Counted from the first letter of the stretch, positions 19,529-30,321 are shown. The stretch: 64,000 bases of DNA from Gammaproteobacteria bacterium (GCA_036986115.1 BTQY01000003.1:9091-73090), one strand, 5' to 3'. The notes: generated by a model not told the origin, from the letters alone. A program made the numbers and translations.

Positions 19529-21487
19529 TCAGGCAGCCTCGTCAGAACTGTCTTTGGTAAGGGGGCGGTTAAAGACATCCAGCATTTGTTGCAAGGTATC
19601 CTTCTGCTTGTTCAGGGTGTCCCGGGCTGCCTCAAGCTCACTCATCTTGCCTTTCAGTGTTTCCCTGGACTCGCTGATCTTGCGCAGGGTTTCCAGGCGT
19701 TTCTCGATTTCTTTCTTATGATCCCTGACCTGGGTGATCAATGGTGACATAACAGTCTTGGCCCATTTTTCAGCGTCATGATAGGCATTAAAGAAAATAT
19801 TTCTCGCCTGACTGACCAGCGTAATAAAAAACTTCTTAACCACAAAACTTTGCTCCGTCATGGTCGTTACCGGACTGCTACGAAACATCTCGGCCTCTTC
19901 ATATAACAGATCAAACAGCTGTTGATAACGCCTGGTAGTATAGGTCTTCGGCTTGATATCGGCGAAGCCGTGTTTTTCATGAAACATCCTGTATATCGTA
20001 TGCACCAGCTTGTGGGTCTTGTCTGCCTGTTCAGACGCTTCGGTCAGTGACTGACGAATGCTGTCGAAGAACATGCTCATGCCTTTTTTCATGCCGGCGG
20101 TGGTCCAGCTCTTGCTCATTTCCTTGCGGGTCAATGACACCAGCTCATCCATCGACTTCGGACTCAGTTTGTTCAGGATGGCATTTGCGTTTTGTGACAA
20201 GGCACGGCGACTTCTCTGCAGGCTTTCGACATTTTTCAGATAGACGTTTTGTTCTTCGCGGGTCTTGGTCAGAAGGTGTTCGATCACATCTTTATTTTTT
20301 CCACTCAGGGATTGCAGTTCCTGAAACTGGTCGTCGATCCTGGAGAGACGATTTTTGATGATATCAAGTGAGCTTTCCACCATGCCACTGATGTCGGCTA
20401 CGACGTTATCGTGGATGATGGCATGCTTGACCGGCAGGATATCTTTCATCAACGTGTTTTGCAGTATGGGCACGCCGCTTTTTTCCAGCAGTGCCGCATC
20501 GTCTCTGATCTTTGCGACCAGGGCCTTTTGCGCTGATACCGGGAAAACATTTTCATTGGGGACATTCAGCATCTGGGCAGTTTTTCGGACCTGATCTGAG
20601 AGGCTCTTTCGATAGGCCTCATCAGATTTCAGCTCATCCCACATGGTGTCGATCTTGTTGAGTACCACCAGCAAGCCTTTTTTCCTGGCACTGCGATAGG
20701 GCTGGATATGGTTTTTCCACATATCCAGCTCGGATTTGGTGACACCGGTATCGGCCGCCAGCAGAAACACCACCGCCTGGGCATTGGGTAACATGTTCAG
20801 CGTCAACTCGGGTTCGGAACCGAGTGCGTTAAGTCCAGGTGTATCCAGCACTATCAGACCCTGTTCCAGCAACGGGTGGGGAAAGCTGATCAGGGCATGG
20901 CGCCATTTAGGGATCTCAACTTCAGCTGGCGGGTTACTGTCGCTGCCGGTATTGCTATGCAGCCAGTCGTCAAACAGTCGTAGTCGCCTGGCTTCGGCTG
21001 TCGGCACCATTTTTACCTTAGTGACTTCCTGCAAGGACTCGGCCAGGCTGTCGGCAGAGGATATGTCCAGATCGATCCTGGTCCACATGGAAGGGGAACG
21101 TTTGTATTCGTTGATACTGACGTCTTCGAGCCGGGTTTCGATCGGTAATAAACGTATATACGGATTATCTTCTTTTTTGTCATACATCAGTTCTGTCGGA
21201 CACATGGTGGTTCGACCGGCATCTGACGGCAGCAGACGACGTTTATAGTCGGCAAAAAAAATCGAGTTGATCAATTCAGTCTTGCCGCTGGACACCTCGG
21301 CGACAAAGGCGATGGTAATATGATCGGACTTCAGCGCATCCAGCATGTCGATCAGTCGCAGGCTGATCTCGGCATCCGCCATTTCATTGTCATCCAGCCA
21401 CTCGTCGTAAGTCTGAATTGACGAGATCAGGTCGGATTTCCATTCGGCATAGGCAGAGATTTGCTGTTTGAATTCCTCGGTATCCAT
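19529..21487 (-). CDS. Bacterial dynamin-like GTPase (dynamin family protein)
   Basis: G1 AEVSSGKTELINS (about nt 21278-21301), G3 VLDTPGLNA (about 20829-20850) and G4 LNKID (20648-20662), followed by about 350 aa of helical stalk/coiled coil. The start is set at Met31 of the track ORF (the ORF extends to 21577). Confidence 0.75.
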   Translation of the reverse strand: MDTEEFKQQISAYAEWKSDLISSIQTYDEWLDDNEMADAEISLRLIDMLDALKSDHITIAFVAEVSSGKTELINSIFFADYKRRLLPSDAGRTTMCPTELMYDKKEDNPYIRLLPIETRLEDVSINEYKRSPSMWTRIDLDISSADSLAESLQEVTKVKMVPTAEARRLRLFDDWLHSNTGSDSNPPAEVEIPKWRHALISFPHPLLEQGLIVLDTPGLNALGSEPELTLNMLPNAQAVVFLLAADTGVTKSELDMWKNHIQPYRSARKKGLLVVLNKIDTMWDELKSDEAYRKSLSDQVRKTAQMLNVPNENVFPVSAQKALVAKIRDDAALLEKSGVPILQNTLMKDILPVKHAIIHDNVVADISGMVESSLDIIKNRLSRIDDQFQELQSLSGKNKDVIEHLLTKTREEQNVYLKNVESLQRSRRALSQNANAILNKLSPKSMDELVSLTRKEMSKSWTTAGMKKGMSMFFDSIRQSLTEASEQADKTHKLVHTIYRMFHEKHGFADIKPKTYTTRRYQQLFDLLYEEAEMFRSSPVTTMTEQSFVVKKFFITLVSQARNIFFNAYHDAEKWAKTVMSPLITQVRDHKKEIEKRLETLRKISESRETLKGKMSELEAARDTLNKQKDTLQQMLDVFNRPLTKDSSDEAA

Positions 21488-21680
21488 CTTATTATATTTG
21501 TATGTATTTGTTATTAATTGATTTTTTAAATTAGTGCGGTGAAAAGAGCTCGCCTCCATGGCGAGGTTAATCATCAATAATATAGCGTATTTTCAATGGT
21601 TTGTATCAATCGGCTCGATTGTTTTATACAACGGCAGTGCGGAATGGGAAGGATCCGGCACCGATTCACCCGGCACCGAT

Positions 21681-22247
21681 TCACCTAAGCAGGCCCTGCA
21701 GTGGTGGTAATATCAGCATTTGTAGCAGCTGTATAAAGATAAGCACCACGATTGGCGACAGGTCCATGCCACCGATGGGTGGAATAAGTCGTCTTGCCGG
21801 TCGCAGTAAGGGCTCACTCAGGCTGTAGAGCAGGCCTACTACCGGATTATATGAGTTGGGGCTTACCCAACTGAGTATTACCTGGATGATGATGGTCACA
21901 AAGAAGATATTCAGTACCAGGGAAACCAGTTGCGCGATCGACATAATGAGCAATGTCATAAAGGTGAAGCTGGCACCATAGACCAGGATAACCAGTGTCT
22001 GGGCGATCATTTGCAATATCAGCATGATGGCAATCGAAGCAACATCGAGGCCACCCCAACCAGGGATAATACGCCGGGCAGGGACAAGCAGTGGATTAGT
22101 CACTTTGACCAGAAATTGTGACAATGGATTATAGAAATCTGCCCGCACCAGTTGCAGCAGGAAACGCAACATGAAGGTCAGGATATACAACCCGAACAGG
22201 GTGTTAATTAAAAAAGCCATCGGGTTGGAAAGATAAGCACCGCCCAT
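21681..22247 (-). CDS. yggT: YggT family membrane protein
   Basis: 188 aa with a duplicated YGGT repeat, sitting downstream of proC. Confidence 0.85.
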   Translation of the reverse strand: MGGAYLSNPMAFLINTLFGLYILTFMLRFLLQLVRADFYNPLSQFLVKVTNPLLVPARRIIPGWGGLDVASIAIMLILQMIAQTLVILVYGASFTFMTLLIMSIAQLVSLVLNIFFVTIIIQVILSWVSPNSYNPVVGLLYSLSEPLLRPARRLIPPIGGMDLSPIVVLIFIQLLQMLILPPLQGLLR

Positions 22248-22250
22248 ATC

Positions 22251-23078
22251 TCAAGTATCTCCAAGTTGGTCTGATATTTCCCTGGCGCGATCACGCGCCG
22301 CTGTCAGGGCATTCCTGAATAGTTGTTCCAGTTGAGCATCGCGCAGGCTGGCAATGGCGCGCTCAGTGGTGCCACCCGGGGAAGTGACCCGTTGCCTCAA
22401 GGTGGCCGGATCAGCATCGCTCTCGATGGCCAGCCTGGCCGCACCCAGCGCTGTTTGTAATGTCAGCAGGCGGGCGACCTCGGCAGACAGGCCCAGAGAC
22501 TGGCCAGCATTGATCATGGCCTCCATCACCAGGAAGAAGTAGGCTGGCCCGCTTCCCGACAGCGCAGTCACCGCATCTATCAGTTCCTCGTCATCCAGCC
22601 ACAGGGCCACCCCAACGGCGCGCATAATGGATTCGGCCAGCTCACGTTGTTCATCACTGACTTCACGATTGGCAAACAACCCGGTGGCACCGGTCTGCAC
22701 CATGGCCGGGGTATTGGGCATGGTGCGTACCAGCGGGGCCGGGCCGCCTAGCCAGTTCTGGATCGTATCAATGCGTATTCCGGCAACAATGGAGACCATC
22801 AGCAGCGGCTGTTTGTTGATGCTGTCGGCGATTTCCTCAATGACCTGCCGCAGGATCTGCGGCTTTACGGCCAGCACTACCACATCGGCCCCTTGCAACA
22901 CCTGGGTATTGGAGCTGGTTGTGTTCACGGAAAATGCTTCTTGCAAGGACTGTCGCTGATGCTCGTGTGGATCACTGACGTGAATATTTGCGGGTTCACA
23001 ACCGTCGCTGATGAGCCCGGCAATCAGGCTACGAGCCATGTTGCCACCACCAATAAATGCAATCTGACGGGTTTTCAT
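22251..23078 (-). CDS. proC: Pyrroline-5-carboxylate reductase
   Basis: MKTRQIAFIGGGNMA (Rossmann fold) .. SPGGTT. The internal Met was chosen as the start. Confidence 0.92.
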   Translation of the reverse strand: MKTRQIAFIGGGNMARSLIAGLISDGCEPANIHVSDPHEHQRQSLQEAFSVNTTSSNTQVLQGADVVVLAVKPQILRQVIEEIADSINKQPLLMVSIVAGIRIDTIQNWLGGPAPLVRTMPNTPAMVQTGATGLFANREVSDEQRELAESIMRAVGVALWLDDEELIDAVTALSGSGPAYFFLVMEAMINAGQSLGLSAEVARLLTLQTALGAARLAIESDADPATLRQRVTSPGGTTERAIASLRDAQLEQLFRNALTAARDRAREISDQLGDT

Positions 23079-23135
23079 GATTGCTAAGATACCTGATGCG
23101 GCCGGGCTTTCACAGGAGTGGAGCAAGGATGGCCA

Positions 23136-23867
23136 TCATAAGGGGGCCCGTGGCCCGAAAATATCGCTGCCGATCCGTACCATGGTCGCGCCTTCGGCGA
23201 TGGCGGCCTGCATATCGCCTGACATCCCCATCGACAGGGTGTCCAGTGGTATGCCCTGCTCTATCAGGGATTGTTGCAGTTGCGCAAGGACATGAAAGGG
23301 CCGGCGCTGGGCGGTAAAATCGGATTGTGGTGCCGGGATGGTCATCAGCCCGCGTAGCCGCAGGCGTGGTAACTCAATGATAGCGCTGGCCAGTTCGGCG
23401 AGTTCGGCGGCATCGATACCGGATTTGCCGGTTTCCCGGTCTATCATGACCTGGATAGTCAGGTTCAACGGCATTAGATGGTCTGCTCGCTGGTCGCTCA
23501 GACGCTGTGCAATTCTAAGCCGGTCAACCGTGTGTAACCAGTCAAAATGCCGTGCCAGTTCACTGGTCTTGTTACTTTGAACATGGCCAATAAAATGCCA
23601 TTCGACAGGACCTGGATCCTCATGCCGATTTTTGTCAGATGTCCTGATATTGTTGATTTTAGTTATTTTCTGCAACGCCTCTTGCAGATAGTTTTCACCG
23701 AAGCAATGTTGACCGGCACTTGCCGCGGTCAAAATGTCATCAACAGAGCGGGTCTTGCTGACGGCCAGTAAGCGGACGCTGGCAGACGGCCTGCCGTGAT
23801 CCTGCTCGGCCTGCCGGATCCGTTGCCGTACTGCCAGTAGCCGCTCAATCAGTGGATTCGTAGTCAT
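23136..23867 (-). CDS. yggS: YggS-family PLP homeostasis protein
   Basis: LLAVSKT (PLP lysine), HFIGHVQSNK and the alanine-racemase N-domain fold, in the yggS-proC-yggT order. Confidence 0.9.
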   Translation of the reverse strand: MTTNPLIERLLAVRQRIRQAEQDHGRPSASVRLLAVSKTRSVDDILTAASAGQHCFGENYLQEALQKITKINNIRTSDKNRHEDPGPVEWHFIGHVQSNKTSELARHFDWLHTVDRLRIAQRLSDQRADHLMPLNLTIQVMIDRETGKSGIDAAELAELASAIIELPRLRLRGLMTIPAPQSDFTAQRRPFHVLAQLQQSLIEQGIPLDTLSMGMSGDMQAAIAEGATMVRIGSDIFGPRAPL

Positions 23868-23977
23868 ATCAGGTGTTTGCGCTATACTTGCATCAGGGTA
23901 ACCGCATCGACTGCATAATGCCTCATAACATACTAGAAAACATGCAGATTATAACCGGATTCTAATCGGAGGATTAC

Positions 23978-25015
23978 ATGGATATAGCCGAATTGCTTGC
24001 ATTTGGGGTCAAAAATAATGCATCTGACCTGCATCTATCGGCGGGCTTGCCTCCCATGATTCGGGTTGACGGTGATATCCGCCGCATCAATGTGCCATCG
24101 CTGGAGCACAAGGAAGTCCACAACATGATCTATGACATCATGAACGATAAACAGCGTAAAGATTATGAAGAGTTCTTCGAGACCGATTTTTCTTTCGAGA
24201 TCCCCGGTCTGGCCCGTTTCCGGGTTAACGCCTTTAACCAGCAACGCGGTGCCGGTGGCGTGTTTCGAACCATTCCCTCCAAAATACTGACCATGGAAGA
24301 ACTGGGTTGTCCGGCGGTATTCCGCGATGTGTCGGATCAGCCGCGAGGCGTGGTACTGGTGACAGGACCAACCGGTTCCGGTAAATCCACCACACTGGCC
24401 GCGATGGTCGATTACATTAACGAAAACAAACACGAGCATATATTGACTATTGAAGATCCCATCGAATTTGTGCACGAGAGTAAAAAGTGCCTGATCAACC
24501 AGCGTGAGGTACATCGTGATACGCTGGGTTTTAACGAGGCACTGCGCAGCGCACTGCGTGAAGACCCGGATATTATCCTGGTGGGCGAGATGCGCGATCT
24601 TGAGACCATTCGCCTGGCGTTGACGGCGGCAGAAACGGGTCACCTGGTGTTTGGCACCCTGCATACCAGCTCGGCAGCCAAGACCATTGACCGTGTGGTA
24701 GACGTGTTTCCGGCCGCAGAAAAGGATATGGTACGTGCGATGTTGTCCGAATCCCTGCGCGCAGTCATTTCGCAGACGTTGTTGAAGAAAACGGGCGGTG
24801 GTCGAATTGCTGCCCACGAGATCATGGTGGGTACTCCGGCAATTCGTAATCTGATTCGTGAAAACAAGATCGCGCAAATGTATTCCGCGATCCAGACAGG
24901 TCAGAGCCTGGGAATGCAGACGCTGGACCAGAATCTGCAGCAATTGCTGGCCAAGGGTATTATCAGTAAACAGGATGCAAGATTGCGTGCAGCCAATAAA
25001 GAGACCTTTGCATAA
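23978..25015 (+). CDS. pilT: Type IV pilus retraction ATPase PilT
   Basis: MDIAELLAFGVKNNASDLHLSAG..GPTGSGKSTTLA..AHEIM. 345 aa. Confidence 0.95.
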   Translation: MDIAELLAFGVKNNASDLHLSAGLPPMIRVDGDIRRINVPSLEHKEVHNMIYDIMNDKQRKDYEEFFETDFSFEIPGLARFRVNAFNQQRGAGGVFRTIPSKILTMEELGCPAVFRDVSDQPRGVVLVTGPTGSGKSTTLAAMVDYINENKHEHILTIEDPIEFVHESKKCLINQREVHRDTLGFNEALRSALREDPDIILVGEMRDLETIRLALTAAETGHLVFGTLHTSSAAKTIDRVVDVFPAAEKDMVRAMLSESLRAVISQTLLKKTGGGRIAAHEIMVGTPAIRNLIRENKIAQMYSAIQTGQSLGMQTLDQNLQQLLAKGIISKQDARLRAANKETFA

Positions 25016-25038
25016 TTACTAATTGAGGTAATCAAGAC

Positions 25039-26181
25039 ATGGAATTCGATGCGCTTTTAAAATTGATGGTGCAAAAGAATGCTTCTGACCTGTTCATTAC
25101 TGCGGGGGTACCACCCAGCATGAAAGTACATGGCAAGCTGTCACCCGTGACCAAGGAATCACTCACCCCGATACAGGCCCGTGACGTCGTACTCGGCATT
25201 ATGAGCGACAAACAGAAGGAAGAATTCGAACGGGACCTCGAATGTAACTTTGCGATCAGTGCCTCTGGCATTGGTCGTTTTCGTGTCAGCGCCTTTCAGC
25301 AACGCAACAATGTCGGTATGGTGCTGCGCAAGATTGAAACCAAGATCCCCACACTGGAAAGCCTGACTCTGCCGCCGATTATCAAGAATCTGGCCATGAC
25401 CAAGCGTGGCCTGATTCTATTTGTTGGTGGTACCGGTACCGGTAAATCGACATCACTTGCCGCCATGATCGGTTATCGTAACCAGAACAGTACTGGCCAT
25501 ATTATTACCATCGAAGACCCGATCGAATTTGTGCACCAGCATTCGGGTTGTATTGTGACCCAGCGTGAAGTCGGTATCGACACCAATAACTTTGAGGTCG
25601 CGCTGAAGAACACCCTGCGTCAGGCACCCGATGTCATACTCATCGGTGAGGTGCGTTCTCGCGAGACCATGGATTATGCGATTGCGTTTGCCGAGACTGG
25701 TCACCTGTGCCTGGCCACCTTGCACGCCAACAACGCCAACCAGGCACTGGATCGCGTGATCAACTTTTTCCCGGAAGACCGTCGTGATCAATTATTGATG
25801 GACTTGTCGTTGAACCTGAAGGCCATTATTGCACAGCAACTGTTACCGACACCGGATGGCAAGGCACGTGTACCGGCAGTAGAAGTATTGATCAATACCC
25901 CGCTGGCGGCAGACTTTATCCGCAAAGGCGAGGTCCATAACCTGAAAGAGCTGATGAAGAAGTCTACCCAGCAGGGCATGCGCACTTTCGATCAGGCCCT
26001 GTATGAACTGTTCCGTTCTGACATGGTGACCTACGATGATGCATTACGCGCGGCTGATTCTACCAACGAACTGCGGCTGATGATCAAACTTGGTGACGAA
26101 CATGCCCTGGAGAAGATGGGCGAAGAAGCCGATGGCCTGAGTCTGATGGATGATGAAGCGGATTCCGGAATGCTTCGCTAG
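25039..26181 (+). CDS. pilU: Type IV pilus ATPase PilU
   Basis: 380 aa PilT paralogue (GGTGTGKSTSLA) directly downstream of pilT. Confidence 0.92.
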   Translation: MEFDALLKLMVQKNASDLFITAGVPPSMKVHGKLSPVTKESLTPIQARDVVLGIMSDKQKEEFERDLECNFAISASGIGRFRVSAFQQRNNVGMVLRKIETKIPTLESLTLPPIIKNLAMTKRGLILFVGGTGTGKSTSLAAMIGYRNQNSTGHIITIEDPIEFVHQHSGCIVTQREVGIDTNNFEVALKNTLRQAPDVILIGEVRSRETMDYAIAFAETGHLCLATLHANNANQALDRVINFFPEDRRDQLLMDLSLNLKAIIAQQLLPTPDGKARVPAVEVLINTPLAADFIRKGEVHNLKELMKKSTQQGMRTFDQALYELFRSDMVTYDDALRAADSTNELRLMIKLGDEHALEKMGEEADGLSLMDDEADSGMLR

Positions 26182-27056
26182 TCGCTGAACACCGTGGCGG
26201 CATCAAACACCGGGCCATCAACGCACACCCGCTTCATCGCAACACCGTCGGCCGTGTGCACCCGTACGGCGCAACCAGCACAGCCTCCCACGCCACAGGC
26301 CATGAACTCTTCCAGTGAGACCTGACACGCCAGTCGGTATTCTCTGGCCAGTTTTGCAACGGCCTGCAGCATCGGCCGGGGCCCACAGCTGTAGATTATG
26401 ACCTCGGTGCGTTGCGCATCATCCAGTGCCTCAAGCCAGAGTCGCGCAAGATCGGTGACATAACCTTGATGACACCCCGGGTAGCCCTGCAGACTGGTCA
26501 GACGGCCTGGGATCCCCCAGTCCTCGAGTAACGGCATACTGGCAATAACTCCGTCCGGCATTCCCGGCACCAGCATCTGTGAGGGGCTGGCCTGGAACGG
26601 GAAGGGCACTTCTGAGCCCATGAGGGCAAAGGGATGGTATTGCTGTTTGTGGTCCTTTAGATGATCTGCCAGGAACACCATTGGCGGGATGCCGACACCA
26701 CCGCCTATTAATAGTGGTCGGGTATGTGGTGGGCTGAGGCTAAACGGTTTGCCGATCGGCCCCATGATGCTGATGCTGTCGTCACACTGGCGCTTCGCCA
26801 GCAAGCCGGTGCCATGACCCACTACCTTGTACAGGAAATCAACCCAGCCAGCAGATGCATCGACGCGCATGATAGATAGCGGACGCCGCATCGGAAGCTT
26901 GTCATCACATTGCAGGTGGGCAAAGCTACCGGGCTGCGCGCTGCCTGCACACTTCGGTGCATGCAGCCGCAGCACGTACTGATCCCCCTGGTAGGCCTGC
27001 TGGGATATTACCCTGGCATCTTCAACAAAAATGCGATTAGGCTGCTGTTCAGTCAT
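26178..27056 (-). CDS. PyrK-like ferredoxin-reductase-type FAD/[2Fe-2S] protein (homologue of the dihydroorotate dehydrogenase electron-transfer subunit)
   Basis: RRPLSI (RxxS FAD motif), LLIGGGVGIPP (NAD fold) and the C-terminal CGVGGCAGCAV...VCVDGP cysteine cluster. Its ATG lies 3 nt after the pyrC' stop. Confidence 0.7.
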   Translation of the reverse strand: MTEQQPNRIFVEDARVISQQAYQGDQYVLRLHAPKCAGSAQPGSFAHLQCDDKLPMRRPLSIMRVDASAGWVDFLYKVVGHGTGLLAKRQCDDSISIMGPIGKPFSLSPPHTRPLLIGGGVGIPPMVFLADHLKDHKQQYHPFALMGSEVPFPFQASPSQMLVPGMPDGVIASMPLLEDWGIPGRLTSLQGYPGCHQGYVTDLARLWLEALDDAQRTEVIIYSCGPRPMLQAVAKLAREYRLACQVSLEEFMACGVGGCAGCAVRVHTADGVAMKRVCVDGPVFDAATVFSD

Positions 27057-27059
27057 GGG

Positions 27060-28343
27060 TCAGTCATCATTCAGCTCGTACACAGGTCGTCCGGCCAGCA
27101 GGGTGTGGGTAACGCGCCCCTTCAGGTGCCAGCCCAGGAAGGGGGTGTTCAGGCCATGGCTTACCAGGGTGTCTTCATCCAGGATCCATTCCCGCTCGGG
27201 GTCAAACACACAGATATCGGCCACATTGCCGGCACTGAGGTTGCCGCTGTCGATGCCCAGTACACTGGCGGGTTGTGAACTAATGGTGGCGATGGCATCG
27301 CCAAGGTCAAGCACACCATCGGTCACCATCCTTAGCGTCAGCGGCAGTAGCGTCTCAAGCGCGCTGATTCCAGGTTCGGTACTCGGAAATGGTGCGAGCT
27401 TGGCATCTGCCTCATGTGGCTGATGATCCGAGCAGATACACTGGATCACGCCCTGGGCCAGCCCATCTCGCAGTCCATCGCGATCCCGATCGCTGCGCAA
27501 TGGCGGGATCACATGACACTCGCTGTTGAATTGCCAAATATCGTGCTCGGTCAGGAACAGCTGATGGGCGGCGACATCGGCCGTGATGGGCAGGCCATCA
27601 TAGCGGGCACGGGAAATCATTTGTGCCGCGCGGGCACTGGAGAGTCTGGCGAAGTGTGCGCGGACCCCGGTTTGTTCGATGATGACCAGGTTTCTGGCGA
27701 CGGCCATGGTCTCGGCGGCCTCGGGTATGCCGGTGAGTCCCATGCGGGTGCAAATGGCGCCTTCATGGGCACAGCCACCTGCGGCCAGGCCCTGATCCAG
27801 CGGATGAATAAAGATGCTCAGACCAAAGGTCGCGGCATATTCAAATGCCCGACGCTGTACCTGGGTACTGGAATAGGGCTGCATGATATTGCTGACCGCG
27901 ATACAACCGGCCTCTTTCAGGGCGGCGATCTCGCTTAGCTGTTCGCCCTTCAGCCCCTGGGTGATGGCGCCTGTCGGAAGTATCCGCGCCATACCGGCCT
28001 GCTCGGCGGTGGTGTGTATCAACTCGATCACCGCAGGCGTATCGGCCACCGGGTTGGTGTCCGGTGGGCATATCAGCGTGGTGATACCCGCGCTGGCGGC
28101 GGCCGCTGTCTCTGAAGCGATGGTGGCCTTGTGCCGGTCGCCGGGTTCTCTGAGACGGGCACCGAGGTCGATAAACCCCGGACAGACAATTTGCTCGCTG
28201 ACATCAATAATACGGTTGGGCGTGAAGCCGTCGGGGGCATTGCCGAGGGCGGCGATCTGCCCGGCCGCGACATGTACGTCCATTCGTTCATCAATCTTGT
28301 TGGCCGGGTCAATGACGCGCCCCCCCTGCAAGGTGATTTTCAT
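27060..28343 (-). CDS. pyrC': Dihydroorotase-like protein lacking the N-terminal HxH metal ligands (PyrC'-type, probably non-catalytic)
   Basis: 427 aa amidohydrolase. The canonical GFID-LHVH-LREPG reads [13 protein letters not shown] (nt 28140-28178), so both His are replaced by Gly and Arg. It overlaps pyrB by 4 nt. Confidence 0.85.
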   Translation of the reverse strand: MKITLQGGRVIDPANKIDERMDVHVAAGQIAALGNAPDGFTPNRIIDVSEQIVCPGFIDLGARLREPGDRHKATIASETAAAASAGITTLICPPDTNPVADTPAVIELIHTTAEQAGMARILPTGAITQGLKGEQLSEIAALKEAGCIAVSNIMQPYSSTQVQRRAFEYAATFGLSIFIHPLDQGLAAGGCAHEGAICTRMGLTGIPEAAETMAVARNLVIIEQTGVRAHFARLSSARAAQMISRARYDGLPITADVAAHQLFLTEHDIWQFNSECHVIPPLRSDRDRDGLRDGLAQGVIQCICSDHQPHEADAKLAPFPSTEPGISALETLLPLTLRMVTDGVLDLGDAIATISSQPASVLGIDSGNLSAGNVADICVFDPEREWILDEDTLVSHGLNTPFLGWHLKGRVTHTLLAGRPVYELNDD

Positions 28344-29335
28344 CCTTCTCCCCCGCCACCACCGTCAGCCCGGGAGGCCATGCACATCGACATCACGGCC
28401 ATGCGTACCGCGATGCCATTGGTGACCTGCTCCAGAATGACGGAGCGCTCGCCATCGGCCACCGCTGAGTCCATTTCGACACCGCGGTTGATGGGGCCGG
28501 GATGCATCACTATCGCATCCGGCTTAATACATTCGAGTTTTTCCTCGGTCAGGCCGTACAGGTGAAAATACTCATGTTCACTGGGCAGAAAGGCCCCCTG
28601 CATGCGTTCGCGCTGCAGGCGCAGGGTAATGACAACATCGACGTCTTCAATACATTCGTTGAGGTCCGCACAAACATGCACACCAAGGTTTTCGGCGCCA
28701 CCCGGTATCAGGGTACGGGGCGCCACTACCCGGATCTCAGGGACCCCGAGGATATTCAGCGCGTGGATTTGTGAGCGGGCGACACGCGAGTGGTAGATGT
28801 CACCGACGATGGCGACCTTGAGGGCGGTAAAGTCAGGCTTGTGGCGGCGAATCGTGAACATGTCCAGCATCGCCTGGGTCGGGTGGGCATGGCGGCCATC
28901 GCCGGCATTGATCACGCTGACATGCGGGGCCACATGCCCGGCGATAAAATGCGCCGAGCCGCTGTCATTGTGTCGCACTACGAACATATCGACGTACATG
29001 GCCTCCAGGTTGCGTAGCGTATCCAGCAGGCTTTCCCCCTTCGAGGCACTGGAGGAGGTGATGTTGATGTTCAGGACGTCGGCAGAGAGACGTTTGGCCG
29101 CCAGCTCAAAGGTGGTGCGGGTGCGGGTGGAGACCTCGAAAAACAGGTTGGCAATGGTCTTGCCGCGAAGCAGCGGGACCTTTTTGACCGTTTGGGCAGT
29201 GACACCGGCAAAGGATTCGGCGGTATCCAGTATATCGAGTAATAATTCTCGCTTAAGGCCTTCAATAGTTAGGAAATGGCGGAGGGCTCCTTGTTCATCC
29301 ACCTGATTTTGCCTGGGATTCTGGCTCGTACTCAC
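28340..29335 (-). CDS. pyrB: Aspartate carbamoyltransferase catalytic subunit
   Basis: [27 protein letters not shown]. Confidence 0.93.
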   Translation of the reverse strand: MSTSQNPRQNQVDEQGALRHFLTIEGLKRELLLDILDTAESFAGVTAQTVKKVPLLRGKTIANLFFEVSTRTRTTFELAAKRLSADVLNINITSSSASKGESLLDTLRNLEAMYVDMFVVRHNDSGSAHFIAGHVAPHVSVINAGDGRHAHPTQAMLDMFTIRRHKPDFTALKVAIVGDIYHSRVARSQIHALNILGVPEIRVVAPRTLIPGGAENLGVHVCADLNECIEDVDVVITLRLQRERMQGAFLPSEHEYFHLYGLTEEKLECIKPDAIVMHPGPINRGVEMDSAVADGERSVILEQVTNGIAVRMAVMSMCMASRADGGGGGEG

Positions 29336-29844
29336 TAGGTCTCCATTATGCTGAGGCTAAGTATATCAGCTTCGGTGAGTTTTATATGCTCTTTTGACTT
29401 AAGAACCAGTTGTTTACCGACGACATCGGCAGCCACCGGCAGTTCCCGACCGCTGCGTTCTACCAGTACCGCCAGCAAAACGGATGCCGGGCGTCCGTAA
29501 TCGAATATTTCATTGAGGGCGGCGCGGATGGTCCGGCCGGTGTAGAGTACGTCGTCGACCAGGATGATGTGCCGATCATCAATACTCATCGGTATCTGTG
29601 ACGGCCTGACCTGGGGATTCATGCCGATACGACTAAAGTCATCACGGTAGAAGGAGATATCCAGGCTGCCAAGTGGCTCGGCGATCCCCAACATGTCATG
29701 CAGACGGGAGGCGATCACTACGCCACCGGTATGGATGCCGATCATGATGGGATCCGGCCGCGAGGCCATTTTGCCACGTAGTTTGGCCGCCATGTCTTCG
29801 AGCATCTCATCGACGTTGCCCGGATCTTCAGTTTTTGTCGTCAT
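29335..29844 (-). CDS. pyrR: PyrR bifunctional pyrimidine regulator / uracil phosphoribosyltransferase
   Basis: 169 aa with PRTase motif [12 protein letters not shown]. It lies upstream of pyrB with a 1-nt overlap. Confidence 0.9.
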   Translation of the reverse strand: MTTKTEDPGNVDEMLEDMAAKLRGKMASRPDPIMIGIHTGGVVIASRLHDMLGIAEPLGSLDISFYRDDFSRIGMNPQVRPSQIPMSIDDRHIILVDDVLYTGRTIRAALNEIFDYGRPASVLLAVLVERSGRELPVAADVVGKQLVLKSKEHIKLTEADILSLSIMET

Positions 29845-30321
29845 ATATTAACCTGGCCTTATGGATAGATATTGCCCAGCCCGTCTTCGCTGATTTCCTA
29901 TAGTATAAGTGACAGTGGGTCTTTATGAACACCCTGTCACAAGGGTGTGCCCATGTTGCCGTTATTCGCTGGCTTGTTCGGCAGGGCCGAAGCAAACCAA
30001 CCCAACCCCATCAATTCAAATGGCGGCTGCCCAGGGGCAAGCGGTAGATTGCGCCAATTAATCTTGTTAAAAAACAGGTAAAAATACCATATCGTTATAA
30101 TAAGCTATCCAGTTGAAAATATGTGTTGGCTCATGATTATTGTCCGCTCATCAGTCAAGCTGATCCTGTTGACACACTAATAAATTTAATATACAAAACC
30201 TGATGATATTAATGGAATTAATCGGGAGTAATCACATGGAACATGTAAAGAAATAATAAAAGGAGGCTTTATGCCCCCTTTTTTATATAGACAAGCCTTT
30301 CTTTAATTAAATCGGTAAATC

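Noticed and set aside
19529-21577. Dynamin-like GTPase as a known LeoA/Eleos-type phage-defence system
   Set aside because: Those systems need partner genes (LeoB/C), and none is adjacent. It is kept only as a solitary BDLP of unknown role.
26178-26181. Four-nt convergent overlap (CTAG) of the pilU and PyrK-like stop codons with no terminator between them
   Set aside because: It is real in the sequence but probably just compact gene packing. No structure or regulatory signal can be inferred from it.
29845-29990. Possible PyrR-binding attenuator in the pyrR leader (hairpin ACACCCT-gtcaca-AGGGTGT at about 29920-29945)
   Set aside because: There is no match to the ARUCCAGAGAGGYU PyrR box and no U-tract terminator after the hairpin. 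Proteobacterial PyrR is not known to act by attenuation.
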